Of a DNA stretch of 64,000 nt, positions 24,487-38,500 are shown one piece after another. The translations under genes were made by a program, and so were the position numbers. Below the pieces are notes generated by a model that was not told the origin of the DNA, did not search any database, and worked only from the letters and a program-made list of their open reading frames with translations. Every line of letters starts with the position of its first letter. Position 1 is the first letter of the stretch. Source of the DNA: Macrostomum lignano (taxonomy: Eukaryota); contig NIVC01000344.1 of NCBI GenBank assembly GCA_002269645.1, positions 186,001 to 250,000 of the forward strand, written 5' to 3'.

Positions 24487-24923
24487 AATCTTTCATTCCC
24501 TGGAATCGTTCAACACGCTACTGTAAATAATAAAAATCGCATTTTATAAAAAACTTCCCTGTTGGGCCAGCGCCACTATCCATTTCCCGTTGCACGTGCG
24601 AGTCGGAGCTCAGCAGTGCCAGGCCTCGTCTCCAGGCCATTAAAATTTTTAGTTTCAAAGCAATCGATTGAATTCCCAAAGCTAGCAATCGATTGAGGCT
24701 TCTGTTGCTTCCGCTCTATACTTCACCCGCTCTCTTTCCACTCCGTAGTGTACGCGGGTGAATGCACTGCTGCATGGGTGCAGCCACAGCATATTTAGCT
24801 GGCTTAGGCCAATGGTATAGAAATACATGGAAGGAGTGACTGTAGGCAAAAGTTGAAAGTCTAATCCAACCGGTGAAACTCCCAATCCACACAGTCGTTG
24901 GCCCTGCAGAGTGCCCTCACCGG

Positions 24924-26535
24924 ATGGGCTGCACCGGGTCGAAATTTTCTTCCTCAAATTGTCGGAGAATCGACGAAAATCGTCGCCGGTCGCGGTCGGA
25001 TTCGCTGAAGAAAATCCCCACTCGCCTCTTCGCCGTGTGGAGCGGCGCTGCGAATGTCGAGGAAGGCGGCCGGCAGCTGCGGCCGCAGTCGCCGATGCCC
25101 AGCGTCTCGTCCAATGGACCGAGCCTCCTGGCGCCGCCGACTTTGGCCTCGGCCGCTGCCAGCAGCTGCAAGGGCAGCGGAGACTTCGCCGCCGCGTGCC
25201 TGAGAGGTCAGCTATCGACTGCCTGACAAGTCAGACAGTACAGCTTCATTTCGTGCAGTCATGCGTTGCTTTTGAAATATAACTGCATGCTTCATTTCAA
25301 AATCTCCATTGCACATCCTCAATCCACAGAGTCTCCCGTCTTTCTTCATCGTGTATTGGTCATTGTCCATTCTAAGAAAGAATCATTCTAAGAAAGAATC
25401 ACTAAAAAGAATCTCTCAGTCTCTCCTGCGAAATCTCATATACAACTCAAATACTGGTATCTACCTGTAGGAATTAACCTCTTTATTGTTAACTTCAATA
25501 GGAATCTTCAATTTCGGAGTCACAACTTTAAGAATCTATCATTCTGAGTAGTCTGATTTTCGTTCGGCATGGCTGGTTCCAGCAGGTAGTTCCTCTGGAT
25601 AAAAGCGCTTACCGCGCCCATTGGCTTTCCAGCTGCCTTAATCGATTCCGGTGATCTTGTGTGCGTGCTTTCAGCTTGATTGGCTGCGGCAAGCAAGCTC
25701 GAAAGAGCTCGCTTCGCTCGCTCTTTCTCGCTATCTACTATCTCCAATTCTAAGAATCTCCCATTCTAAGAATCTCCCATTCTAAGAATCTCACATTCTA
25801 AGAATCTCACATTCTAAGAATCTCACATTCTAAGAATCTCACATTCTAAGAATCTCCCATTCTAAGAATCTCCCAATCTAAGAATCTCCCATTCTAAGAA
25901 TCTCCCATTCTAAGAATCTCCCAATCTAAGAATCTCCCATTCTAAGAATCTCCCATTCTAAGAATCTCCCATTCTAAGAATCTCCCAATCTAAGAATCTC
26001 CCAATCTAAGAATCTCCCATTCTAAGAATCTCCCATTCTAAGAATCTCCCATTCTAAGAATCTCCCATTCTAAGAATCTCCCATTCTAAGAATCTCCCAT
26101 TCTAAGAATCTCCCATTCTAAGAATCTCCCATTCTAAGAATCTCCCATTCTAAGAATCTCCCATTCTAAGAATCTCCCATTCTAAGAATCTCCCATTCTA
26201 AGAATCTCCCATTCTAAGAATCTCCCATTCTAAGATACTTTTGTAAAAAAGTGTCATTTTAAGAACTTCCGGTTCCAAAAATCTCCTATTCCAAGACCCT
26301 TCTATTTTAGCTTTCCATTCTAAGAAAGAATGTGCGATTCTAAGAATTTATTTTTTTGAATCTGATCCTTTTTTCAGACGCAGCCAGTCAGGAAGACGGC
26401 TTCTCTCAGATCGAGTTGGCCCGAGAGCAAGCACGCAACGAGTACGAAGACTTCGGCTCGCCGCCACAGTCCACTGTGGAGGCCTTCGACCGACTGGACT
26501 TCGATGCCAACCCTATGGATGATGGCACAGACTGA
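24924..26535 (+). CDS. Putative two-exon 146-aa orphan protein with an N-terminal MGCxxSK lipidation motif
   Basis: join(24924..25206,26378..26535). Donor AG|GTCAGC and acceptor CCTTTTTTCAG, with phases matching (G+AC=Asp). Both exons are GC-rich islands. Sequence: MGCTGSKFSSSNCRRIDENRRRSRSDSLKK...CLRDAASQEDGFSQIELAREQARNEYEDFGSPPQSTVEAFDRLDFDANPMDDGTD*. Confidence 0.55.
25741..26234. repeat. 16-bp minisatellite, about 31 copies
   Basis: TAAGAATCTCCCATTC, inside the intron of the putative MGC gene. Confidence 0.95.
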
Positions 26536-27005
26536 CTGACTGACTGACTGACTGACTGACTGACTGACTGACTGACTGACTGACTGACTGACTGACTGAC
26601 TGACTGACTGACTGACTGACTGACTGACTGACTGACTGACTGACTGACTGACTGACTGACTGACTGACTGACTGACTGACTGACTGACTGACTGACTGAC
26701 TGACTGACTGACTGACTGACTGACTGACTGACTGACTGACTGACTGACTGACTGACTGACTGACTGACTGACTGACTGACTGACTGACTGACTGACTGAC
26801 TGACTGACTGACTGACTGACTGACTGACTGACTGACTGACTGACTGACTGACTGACTGACTGACTGACTGACTGACTGACTGACTGACTGACTGACTGAC
26901 TGACTGACTGACTGACTGACTGACTGACTGACTGACTGACTGACTGACTGACTGACTGACTGACTGACTGACTGACTGACTGACTGACTGACTGACTGAC
27001 TGACT
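26530..27005. repeat. (GACT)n microsatellite, about 119 units
   Basis: Uninterrupted tetranucleotide run. It produces artefact ORF 26406-27014. Confidence 0.99.
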
Positions 27006-27856
27006 AATCTTCAAGCAAATTATCCATTATCCATTAATGTACATTTTGTCCGCTGTGAAATAACCACCGCACCAATGCTCACTTATGTTAATTATCATCC
27101 TATCTTCACCCGTACTGTATAACTCCTTAATAGTATTGCCCTCGTAGTTAGTGAAAATAAATTGAAGCGAGCCAAGCAGATTTTGCTGGCACTATTCAAA
27201 CTTTCTACTGTCAGTAGACCGCTCAAACTATACTCTACGTAATTTAAAAACAGTAATCGGTTGGGGTCGCAGAAAAAACCAGGAAAACATTCGATAATGA
27301 AAATCTCAACCGGGAAATTCTTTCCAGATTTCCCCAATCGCTAAAGACACACAATAGACTGAACTGGGGCTTTGATTAACATCCCCCAGCCCAACCGAAT
27401 CCCCAAGCGGCATTGAATTCTAAGAAACATGAGGACGTTGAAAATTGCGCACGAATCGCTTGAAGTCTCCCAGAGATAATTTGTTGTTTTTTTCTTTCTG
27501 AGCTTTTCTGCTTCTGCCTGCTCCTTCTTCTTTTAATCTTTCACGGAAAATTCATCAGTTCAGCTTTCTTTCTTGGCTTTGTCAATGGCTTAAAAAAGGG
27601 GAAATTTTTTTAATCTTTGCGTGCCAGCTTCCGTCTGGCAGCTGAGCCTCGGCTGATCACTTCATCAATGCGTGACTCATCGCTGGGCGGCTTTAAAGCA
27701 AAAAATCTTCTGAACATCTAATTTCTTCAAAAGCATGAAATAATGTTTCCTGATGACTTCCAGGGAGAGCGGATTGCCTACGGCTCCGCTGGGAGGCGTT
27801 CGATATCAGGTTGGGATTATCATTGGCGGACACGGAACTGATCACCTCAAACCTGC

Positions 27857-28356
<500 letters not shown>

Positions 28357-28827
28357 GGGTTCCGGGATCCACAAACGTGGCTTCGCCTGATCCCACAGGC
28401 AGCTCGGGGCTCAGCAGTTCCCACAGTCCGAGCAGGCGCGCGTCCGGTGATGGACGCTTCGCTTCATTGAACATGTCAATGGGGCCTCGGCTTGAATGCA
28501 ACACACCAGCTGCGGTCCCCAGCCACCTCTCCTCCTGCAACCGAAAATCTGCCCCTCTGCCCTTCTCTCTTTTAGGTTACCATTTTACAAACTTTATCGT
28601 CACTTTCGCTCTGCACAGACTCTCTATGACTGCATCCTTACCAGGTACTTCAGCTTGGTTAGCAACACGCTTGTGTTTTCGGTTTCTGAAATTCAGATTT
28701 TTTAAAGCAGTTTTCTGAACTTTGGGGTTTTGGAATCTTCGGTTTGTGAAATTTTCTGGTTTAATTAGGTTTCGGGTTTTTCGAAAGTTTGGTGCTTTTC
28801 ATTTTAAGAGCTTAAGAGATTTTATAA

Positions 28828-29070
28828 CAAGGACTACTCAACAAAGACAAGGACTAATGCTCATTATTTGATACATGTATGACTTGTCTTTGGTGCAGCT
28901 CTATCGAATTATTGCAGTGAAAAATCTTAATCTTATCTTGCTTGTCTTATTTCCCTTATCAGTGAAAAGATAAGCATAAGATTACTAATTTTCTAAACAA
29001 AGAACTTTAAGCCTCAGAAAAAAACCTGCTTAAAACGCAGTTTCCCGTCCTTCTACTGAAGTAGTCTTTG
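28828..29070. mobile_element. 243-bp P-element-like MITE (diverged)
   Basis: Ends CAAGGACTAC and GTAGTCTTTG. The right end TTTCCCGTCCTTCTACTGAAGTAGTCTTTG matches the end of 61733-62430. Flanks TTTTATAA and TTTTATGA (7/8). Confidence 0.55.
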
Positions 29071-30211
29071 TTTTATGACTTTCAAGTTTTCATAATTTTA
29101 TGACTTCTAAAAAGTTTCTGCCGAGCCCGAGATCTGATAGTTGCTTCTCCGCCAATATCTCTCATAATTTATCAACTCTACGAGTCGTAGAATCGAAAAT
29201 GTCTGCCATTGGCTGTCCAGCCGGACCAATCCTGGAGTTGGTCTGTCGGCTTAACTTCCAGGCCAAGCAATTAATAAATTCAAAGCCGGCAACTTTGCCC
29301 GTCTGTGATTATGCCAGACGTTGCTGAAATAACTGAGCAACTTCATCAACTCCGCATCAGATCAGCAAGGTTTTCATCTTCAACTTCGGCTTCCACCAAC
29401 TGTAAGTATAATGATAAGTTTCTTTAATCAATATAATCAATATAGAATCAATTCATTTGGGGTTAATTCGCTGTGCCATTCACAGCCATGAGGGCTCAGT
29501 AGTCAGCAGAGTTGCCTCCAAAAATCCCTATTTAATTAATATTGTTATCAAGACCTCAAATTTTGAGTCATTTTGATTTAAACTGATCTTCTTACGAGTA
29601 GGTGCCAAAGATCTCAGCTCCCTTCATCAATCTCGCTCTTTCTCCTTTTCTGTGTCTTCTTTCTGTTCCTCAACCAACTTTCCAGCCAGCTCTTTGGCAA
29701 TGCAGCAATTAAGCAACTAAAAGAAACAATTTTCATTTCGAATTCAGCGCGCCAAGCAATACGAAGACTGCAATGCCTACAGTTGGCCAAGGTTGAAGCA
29801 TAAATTTATTTTCAAATTTACAACCCGAAGAGCATAAACTGGCCAGTCTGCATGGCGCCAGTGCACTGCCTGGGCTGCTTCCATCTTTCATTATTTTGCT
29901 ATCTATCACTTCAATAGGTGAAGAGAATCCATTTTATTTGTATTTTTATGTCATTTAAAACCAACAGAATTACGAATTTACCAAGACAGGCGAATGTGCG
30001 ATTGTAATATTTTATTGAGTCCTTCTTGTTGAAGACAAATATGTTTACAGTTTCAATTTGTATTCAGTAAAAAGTTTCTAACCACAAGCGTGAGCTCCGC
30101 CTCATACACTCGTATTGTGCTGTAAGTGACTGTCCCTAACTCTGGCTGACATTGCTATTAGCTATAGTGACTGCCTCAATACTCGGCTCGGCTTAGGAGA
30201 CTGCCCAGCTA

Positions 30212-30592
30212 CTCTCCCAGCCTCCCTCTCACCCTCTCCCTCACACTGTCTCACCATCTCTCCCAGCCTCCCTCTCACCCTTTCCCTCACACTGTCTCAC
30301 CATCTCTCCCAGCCTCTATCTCACCCTCTCCCTCACACTGTCTCACCATCTCTCCCAGCCTCCCTCTCACCCTTTCCCTCACACTGTCTCACCATCTCTC
30401 CCAGCCTCCCTCTCACCCTCTCCCTCACACTGTCTCACCATCTCTCCCAGCCTCCCTCTCACCCTTTCCCTCACACTGTCTCACCATCTCTCCCAGCCTC
30501 TATCTCACCCTCTCCCTCACACTGTCTCACCATCTCTCCCAGCCTCCCTCTCACCCTCTCCCTCACACTGTCTCACCATCTCTCCCAGCCTC
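30212..30592. repeat. 46-bp minisatellite, about 8 copies
   Basis: CTCTCCCAGCCTCCCTCTCACCCTCTCCCTCACACTGTCTCACCAT. Confidence 0.95.
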
Positions 30593-30609
30593 TCTCCCGC
30601 TGTATGTCC

Positions 30610-30611
<2 letters not shown>

Positions 30612-30698
<87 letters not shown>
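30612..30698. repeat. (CT)n microsatellite
   Basis: About 43 dinucleotide units. Confidence 0.98.
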
Positions 30699-30701
<3 letters not shown>

Positions 30702-32521
30702 CTGTCTGTATCTCTCGCTACCCACCCTCTCCTTCAGCCTCTAGGTGCACCACATTTCTATAGTTTCTCCCATCTCCTTTAACCCAAGAGCTTCTGAGGC
30801 GGCATTGGTTAGAGTCCCGTCGTCTAAAATCCCGCTGGTCCTCATCAAGTTGATATTTCTTACTTCTCGCCATAAAAGCTAAACTGCTCCTTAACCAACT
30901 TCGAGAGAATGTTGTGTGCACCCTTAACTCTATCGTTTAAACTTCGGGGCAGCAAAATGACTGTGTGAAGAGTAGTGCTATCCTCTGTGAGAGCGATATC
31001 TGCTCCAAGCACACACACAAACACGCACACCTCATTCACACCCCAGCACCCTGACAATGAAGTCGCTTTACAAACCTGCACTGGGCATTCGAGGGAGCGG
31101 TGTTAACAGAATTAGCTTAATCGGCACTTTTTCTGCAAAAAAATTTTTTATTAGAAACGGCGCGCTTTCTTTCTCGCAGTTCCCGCGAAAGAAGAATATA
31201 ATACATGCAGCAGCATTGCCTTTTGCCTGCGGAGAGCGTCCCTTATCAGTTGGCAGTCTCCCGCGCAGTTTGTGCAAGCAGAAACCCCAGCAGACTGTCT
31301 CACGCCTCTCGAGTCCACTATAGACAATCGCGCAGAGATAAAGCCGGACAAGTTTTGACGCGGCAAAGCGACAAAGGCCGGCCAAGCGAATTATAATTTG
31401 TACAACTTGCCGCCACAGCACAAAGTATTTTATTGCCACAACCCCCCCCCCCTAAAACCACTATTCCAAACTTTGTGAGAAAAATCGCGCGCACTTCTTT
31501 CCTTGGGGTCGTTTGGGTCAAGTTCATGCGACACTTGCTTGGGTGCTGGGCCTCGTTGCCATCCAGCTGGTGGAGTTCCGATTCGAAGCATTTCGGGAAT
31601 TGTTTTGTAGGACTTTTGCTGATCTCAGTTCTCCCATTCTCCCTCAGATTATACTGTGCTTCTCCATCTCCCTAACTTCTCCCTACTCTATGCAACCATT
31701 TTTTCATTCTTTTCCCTGGGTTGTGTCCACGCAACTCTGCCCATTCCCCTGACCCCTGAACGCACACAAACGCGCCAATAAAGCCCCAAGTGATAATTTA
31801 AACAGGCCTTTCAATCTGTCAAATAATTCTATCTGCAAACAGTGACTCTGTTAACGCGCCTTGGTTACAGTATAATAATTAATTGTTAAACAATAAATTT
31901 TGGATTAGAAAGATTCCATCTACAACAGATGGGTAACTTTGATTGTCCCTGACAAAACTGTCTCTATAACTACCTGAGGGCACCTGTTCCAGCTTTTTTA
32001 AGCATCCCTTTATCTCGAATCGCGATCTGCTCCAGCTTGCCCAGTTATCTTTATCTGGCACTATTAAGCTACTCAAACTACTCAAGCCTGCCAGAAAAGA
32101 AGCCTTTTAACAGCCTCTGGAGAGTCAGAATCCTCCCTACCTGAGCCCCATCGCTTGCCGCATCAGGGCGAGCTGAGGCCCTCGCAGAAGGTGCCAGACA
32201 ATAAGGGGGTGGGGGCGGTTGTCTGGCGCCTGGCTTTGATTGTTGAGCACTGCTCTGGCCTCATAGAAACTGCTCGAGAGAAAAGATCTCCAAATTGACA
32301 AAGCCGGAGAGAGAGAGGCGACTTGTTGGCACCAGCCAGACTGCGACCCGAGATGCATGGGAGAGATAAGGACTCGGACCGGGGCTGCCCTGCTCCCAGT
32401 TGCATTAGCTAGCAGCTGTTAAATATCTATTAGAGAAAATTTCTAGTCCAACTGTACTTGAGAAACGAGAAATAATGTTGAATTGTTCAACTCAATTGCA
32501 GAAGCTGGGAGAGCAAACGCT

Positions 32522-35500
32522 ATGACTACGCGCGGCCATGAGGCTTTGCTGCTGCTGCTGCTAGCGGCTGTCGGAGCAACGTTCGTGCAAGCCGACGACC
32601 TCGGTGAGATGATGATGACGCTCAGAGACTGGACACCCGATAGCTAATTACCCCGATCATCTAAGTCCTCTCTGTAATCTCCCATCGCTGGAAAATACGA
32701 GCAAAATGAAAAGCTGTTTGGTAATCCTTCGAAAACCCCATCGGAAAATTTCTGCTTCCACTTTCCCAGCCTCGTTACTAATTTATAATCCCTTTCGTTG
32801 TTAATCCCAAAACCACCACCGTGTCAGGAGCTCGACCATATCTCTCTGTCAGCAGCTCTCAGCAGTTCTCGGTGAATTCAGATGGACAGTAGAGGAGAGT
32901 AGCAGGATAGAGCACTTTGGGGCGCAGTGTTTTCCAACTCTGCAGTTGTAACAGGATCCAAAGCTGTCGATGTTAGATGAGTCTGAAACTTTAAAACTTC
33001 GAAAGGCTTGCTAATAGGGGCTTAATTTCCAGAACAGGTGCGTCGAAAAATTGTCCTGATGTACAATTAAAATCCATTTACGGCTTGAATTCGCGGCCTA
33101 GAAGCTCGGGTTTCTATCGTCCTGAACCAGACGCAAGGATATAGTTTGCCGATGCCAGACAAAGATATTGGGAAAATAGGAGACTTTCTAATTATGAGAG
33201 ATAGTTTGGAGAAGTGGACAGGAGAGGAGAGGAGAGGAGAGGAGAGGAGAGGAGAGGAGAGGAGAGGAGAGGAGAGGAGAGGAGAGGAGAGGAGAGGAGA
33301 GGAGAGGAGAGGAGAGGAGAGGAGAGGAGAGGAGAGGAGAGGAGAGGAGAGGAGAGGAGAGGAGAGGAGAGGAGAGAGAGGAGAGGAGAGGAGAGGAGAG
33401 GAGAGGAGAGGAGAGGAGAGGAGAGGAGAGGAGAGGAGAGGAGAGGAGAGGAGAGGAGAGGAGAGGAGAGGAGAGGAGAGGAGAGGAGAGGAGAGGAGAG
33501 GAGAGGAGAGGAGAGGAGAGGAGAGGAGAGGAGAGGAGAGGAGAGGAGAGGAGAGGAGAGGAGAGGAGAGGAGAGGAGAGGAGAGGAGAGGAGAGGAGAG
33601 GAGAGGAGAGGAGAGGAGAGGAGAGGAGAGGAGAGGAGTGGTAAGACGGAGGGAAGAGGGAAAAGGAGACAGAGGGGGGGGAAGCGATTGCGAAGGCGAT
33701 CAGTGGAGGATAGCGGCAAAGAACATGTGCCAGTTGCAGAGGTGAATACAGAGAGAGATGGCATTTACCAAAGTGTCAAAGATTTAACAGTAAAATACTG
33801 TGGTACATCAAAGGGAAGAAGCACCAAAAGACAGTGCAATGAAAGCTCCAAGAGTTATGCGTCCTGACGCTGCGTCTGTTATATCCGCAGCAATCCAGTT
33901 AGAAGTTGTCCCTTTTGGAGTTCCCGACATCCTAATGATGGGCGCACGAGCCGCAAAGTCAGTTGGAATCGAGGACGGATGCTGCGACATCCACCGGCTG
34001 TTTGTCGCCAACAAAAAGTTCTGGCGCAAAAATTCACCGCTTTCTGTTTTTATCGCTTAGTCACTCCACTCGTATTGCGCAGGCGGAGGGTCGCAAGCAG
34101 TTTGCTTCTTCGTTTCTCTTTCATTCCAACAGTTTGTTTCGGCTGGTCTAAATGGCTCCACAGTAATTCTTGTCTTGATGGGGCTTGCGCGCAGTGTCGG
34201 ATTGGAGACAGGCAATAAGACAGAGGCTATGATGGGAGAAACCAAAACATTAAAGAGCCGCTATAGAACGCACGAAGACACTACGAACACTACACAGACG
34301 CTTAGGCGCAGACATGGCACCAAGAGGCTAAGACACAGACGCTTAGGCGCAGACATGGCACCAAAGAGGCTAAGACACAGACGCTTAGGCGCAGACATGG
34401 CACCAAGAGGCTAAGACACAGACGCTTAGGCGCAGACATGGCACCAAAGAGGCTAAGACACAGACGCTTAGGCGCAGACATGGCACCAAGAGGCTAAGAC
34501 ACAGACGCTTAGGCGCAGACATGGCACCAAAGAGGCTAAGACACAGACGCTTAGGCGCAGACATGGCACCAAAGAGGCTTAGACACAGACGCTTAGGCGC
34601 AGACATGGCACCAAGAGGCTAAGACACAGACGCTTAGGCGCAGACATGGCACCAAGAGGCTAAGACACAGACGCTTAGGCGCAGACATGGCACCAAGAGG
34701 CTAAGACACAGACGCTTAGGCGCAGACATGTCACCACGAGGCTAAGACACAGACGCACAGACGCTTAGGCGCAGACATGTCACCAAGAGGCTAAGACACA
34801 GACGCACAGACGCTTAGGCGCAGACATGTCACCAAGAGGCTAAGACACAGACGCACAGACGCTTAGGCGCAGACATGGCACCAAGAGGCTAAGACACAGA
34901 CGCACAGACGCTTAGGCGCAGACATGGCACCAAGAGGCTAAGACACAGATGCTTAGGCGCAGACATGGCATCAAGAGGCTGACACAGATGCTTAGGCGCA
35001 GACATGGCACCAAGAGGCTAAGACACAGACGCACAGACGCTTAGGCGCAGACATGGCACCAAGAGGCTAAGACACAGACGCACAGACGCTTAGGCGCAGA
35101 CATGGCACCAAGAGGCTAAGACACAGACGCACAGACGCTTAGGCGCAGGCATGGCACCAAAAGGCTGAGACAGACGCACAGACGCTTAGGCGCAGACATG
35201 GCACCAAGAGGCTGAGACACAGATGCTTAGGCGCAGACATGGCACCAAGAGGCTAAGACAGACGCACAGACGCTTAGGCGCAGACATGGCACCAAGAGGC
35301 TGAGACACAGATGCTTAGGCGCAGACACGGCACCAAGAGGCTAAGACACAGATGCAAAGACAGTACAATTGGTCTCAATTGTTACCAGTGTAAACGTTGT
35401 GAACGAGCCTTAATTTTAAGACGCAAAGAGACGCTACACTGAAGAGACACACACTGAGACGCTAGGACACACTTACCGGCAGACAAATTTTTGAACAGGA

Positions 35501-38500
35501 ACCAACCAGTCAAGAAGCTTGCAATTCAGTAGCCATTGCAGCCCTGAGTTACAGAAAACGCAGACAAATTCACTTCTCCATCCCAAGAGTGCTCCCAGGA
35601 CGGGCCGCTCGGCATGATCACGGGCGAGATCCGGGACTGGCAGATCACGGCCAGTTCGACTTTTCCGTCCCTGGACGCGCTGTACTGCCAAGAGAAGTAC
35701 GGCCGACTGTACCTGCCTAACGGGCGCTCCTGGTGCGCTCAACAGAAGGGCACTTCGGAGTGGCTGCAGGTGAGCAGTATTCCAAGATTCTTGATATGAA
35801 TGCATCGAAGCGTATTTCAGTATGTTCTCTCTTAAAGAGTTTTTTATCCTTTCTTCGCAGGTCGATCTGGGAGTTGAAGCTCTAGTCACGGGAGTAATGA
35901 CTCAGGGCCGCGGAGACGGAAAAGAATGGGTCACCGCTTACAGGGTGACCTACAGCCAGGATGCCAACAAGTGGAACTACGTGGACACCCATTTAGGTAC
36001 TCAGCGCGTATTCGACGGCAACGTGGACTCGTACTCGGTGAAGCACAACTACTTTGACCAGCCAGTGCGGGCTCGCTTTATTCGACTGCATCCCGTCAAG
36101 TTTCGCCGCCATCCTAGCATGCGAATGGAGATAATTGGATGTCAGCGTGAGTGACGGAGATTAAGTGGCAGCACTTTTCTAACCCAGCCAAGCTCATTTA
36201 GTGTAATCTATAATTGCACCAACCCCCTCAACTGAAGCTTATCGGCCCTTTTCTAACCCAGCCAAGTTCATTTAGTGTAATCTATAATTGCACCAACCCC
36301 CTCAACTGAAGCTTATCGGCCCTTTTCTAACCCAGCCAAGTTCATTTAGTGTAATCTATAATTGCACCAACCCCCTCAACTGAAGCTTATCGGCCCTTTT
36401 CTAACCCAGCCAAGTTCATTTAGTGTACATTGCGTGTACAGTCCAGTCCGTGCCTCTCTTTTTCTATCCCATAACCACCAAACGCCCTCCCGCAGCGTGC
36501 AAGCAACTGCTGTCGGTGCCACCTTACGATCGGCTGTCTGCTTCCAGCGCCCGCGGCCGAAATCGGAAGCGCACTTGCGACCCGTCCTATGGCCACATCC
36601 TCACTAATAAAGGCTGGTGCGCCAAAATAATAAATAGTGAGTGACAGACGATAAAAACCAAAGTTTAAGCTTCGATATGAACTTATGAAGTTAAATTGAA
36701 TGAAATTCATGCGTGAGTTCAAAAGTTGATGAGTTCAAGGTGAGTTCATGAGTGAGTTCATGGGTTGTTGACTGAGTTCATGAGTGAGTTCATGCGTGAG
36801 TTCATGAGTGAGTTCATGCGTGAGTTCATGAGTGAGTTCATGAGTGAGTTCATGCGTGAGTTCATGAGTGAGTTCATGAGTGAGTTCATGCGTGAGTTCA
36901 TGAGCGAGTTCATGTGCGAGTTCATGCATGAGTTCATGCGTGAGTTCAGGTGTGAATGATTTAGAGCGGATACAAGCAGTCCGATTGCCTTCTGAAAAGA
37001 TGTCGTCTTTCTTAGTTGTTTGGTACTAATCTTCTTAATACTTTTAACTGAGAGGCTACTGGGCGGCCAGACAGTCTCCGAGTCCAGTTCGAGACTTAAG
37101 TTGCACGCATGCACGCAACATGTTATACTCGTAGAACGACAGCATTGCAGGTCCCCTCTCGCCGTAATTACGAAGTAAAAACTCGAATTTCATTGTTCTT
37201 CAAACGAACCCTGCTTTCACTATTTCTTCTGCTGCTTTTTACTTTTAGTCCTTTGGACACTTGAACACAGTGTGCTCAATAGGGCTTTTAGACTCAGACC
37301 AAGCGACGTCATATTCGTGCACTTTCCGCTTACCATTGTACGCTGAAACTCATAATTGAATACCAAGACTTCAAGAATATCGAATATAATCAATTCTTGT
37401 CCACTCAACCCCTGCTTGTTAGGCAATCAGTGGCTGCAGCTCGACCTCGGTCCTCCCACCAAGGTGACCGGCCTGGTCACCAAGGGCCGAGGCGACGGCA
37501 AAGGCAACGCCTGGGTGACCGCCTACAGGATAGCCTACAGCAATGACGAGAGGCTGTGGACCTATTACAAGGACGCTGCCCACCAGAGTCCCAGGGTAAG
37601 ATCTGGTCGAGAACCAGTCCACTCTCCATCCGCATCCATCGCGCATTCTTCCCAACTTTCCCAGTCTTTTAGATTCGTATAATAAAAAAATCAATACATT
37701 ATCAAACCAAAATATGCACGCCAACCAACCTGCGCCGGTTCAATCCAGGAGGAAAGGAGTTTCTACCTGACAGAGAATGGGACTGTAAGTTGAACTATAA
37801 TATTACCAGTGCAGTTATGCTAGCCAGCTTGAACCTGATTGGCCAATGGAGCCAGCCAATCAGATTGAAGAATCGATTTGCGCAACGATTATTTTTGTTT
37901 CTGATTCTTCCGCTTGTAGCTTGAAATCTGATTGGTGGATTGTTGATTTAGTACTAATGCATTGATTTACTGAACAATTGCTTTCATTGCTTGCTGACGG
38001 CTTTCAGTAATAATTAATGATTTATGTACTCGTAGATAAATAGCAGTAACTGTATTAATTGAATGACTGCATAAAATATCGCCACAATGTAAATACTCGT
38101 AGCTACAGCTAGTCATGGACATATGCATTCATCCATCAACTTCTAATTCTAACAATGAGACGCTTGCTTTCTGTTGCGACAGAATCATGCAGTCTGCGAT
38201 TAGCAACTAAAACCACAGACTAAAACTGGAACCGGGTCTGGTGGGTCACAAAGTACTAGACTTTGAATCTGGAGAGGAACCTCCTTCATCAGCTTCACTG
38301 CTATTTGGCATAATAGCCACGGGCAGAGCAGCTCAGCGGTAGGCGCATCTGACTCTCGCTTCACGACCTCTCGGTTGGTTTGATTGAATGCGCGGCCGCA
38401 TTCATTTGGTGTCTGTGCGCACGAAAATTGACCGCTGGGGGCTGTCGAGCGATTCACAGCCATGAGGCCCAACCACCTTCACCCCCCAACGGCTCAGGGA

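Noticed and set aside
24917-25171. Minus-strand ORF overlapping exon 1 of the MGC gene
   Set aside because: The plus strand is preferred because of the MGCxxSK start and the phase-matched second exon. The minus strand is not formally excluded.
26406-27014. 202-aa (SQSV)n ORF
   Set aside because: Antisense translation of (GACT)n.
33146-33867. (GEERR)n and (LLSSP)n ORFs
   Set aside because: Pentanucleotide microsatellite artefacts.
37856-37935. CCAATCAGATT...AATCTGATTGG short inverted repeat
   Set aside because: Only 11-bp arms and no TSD; too weak to call.
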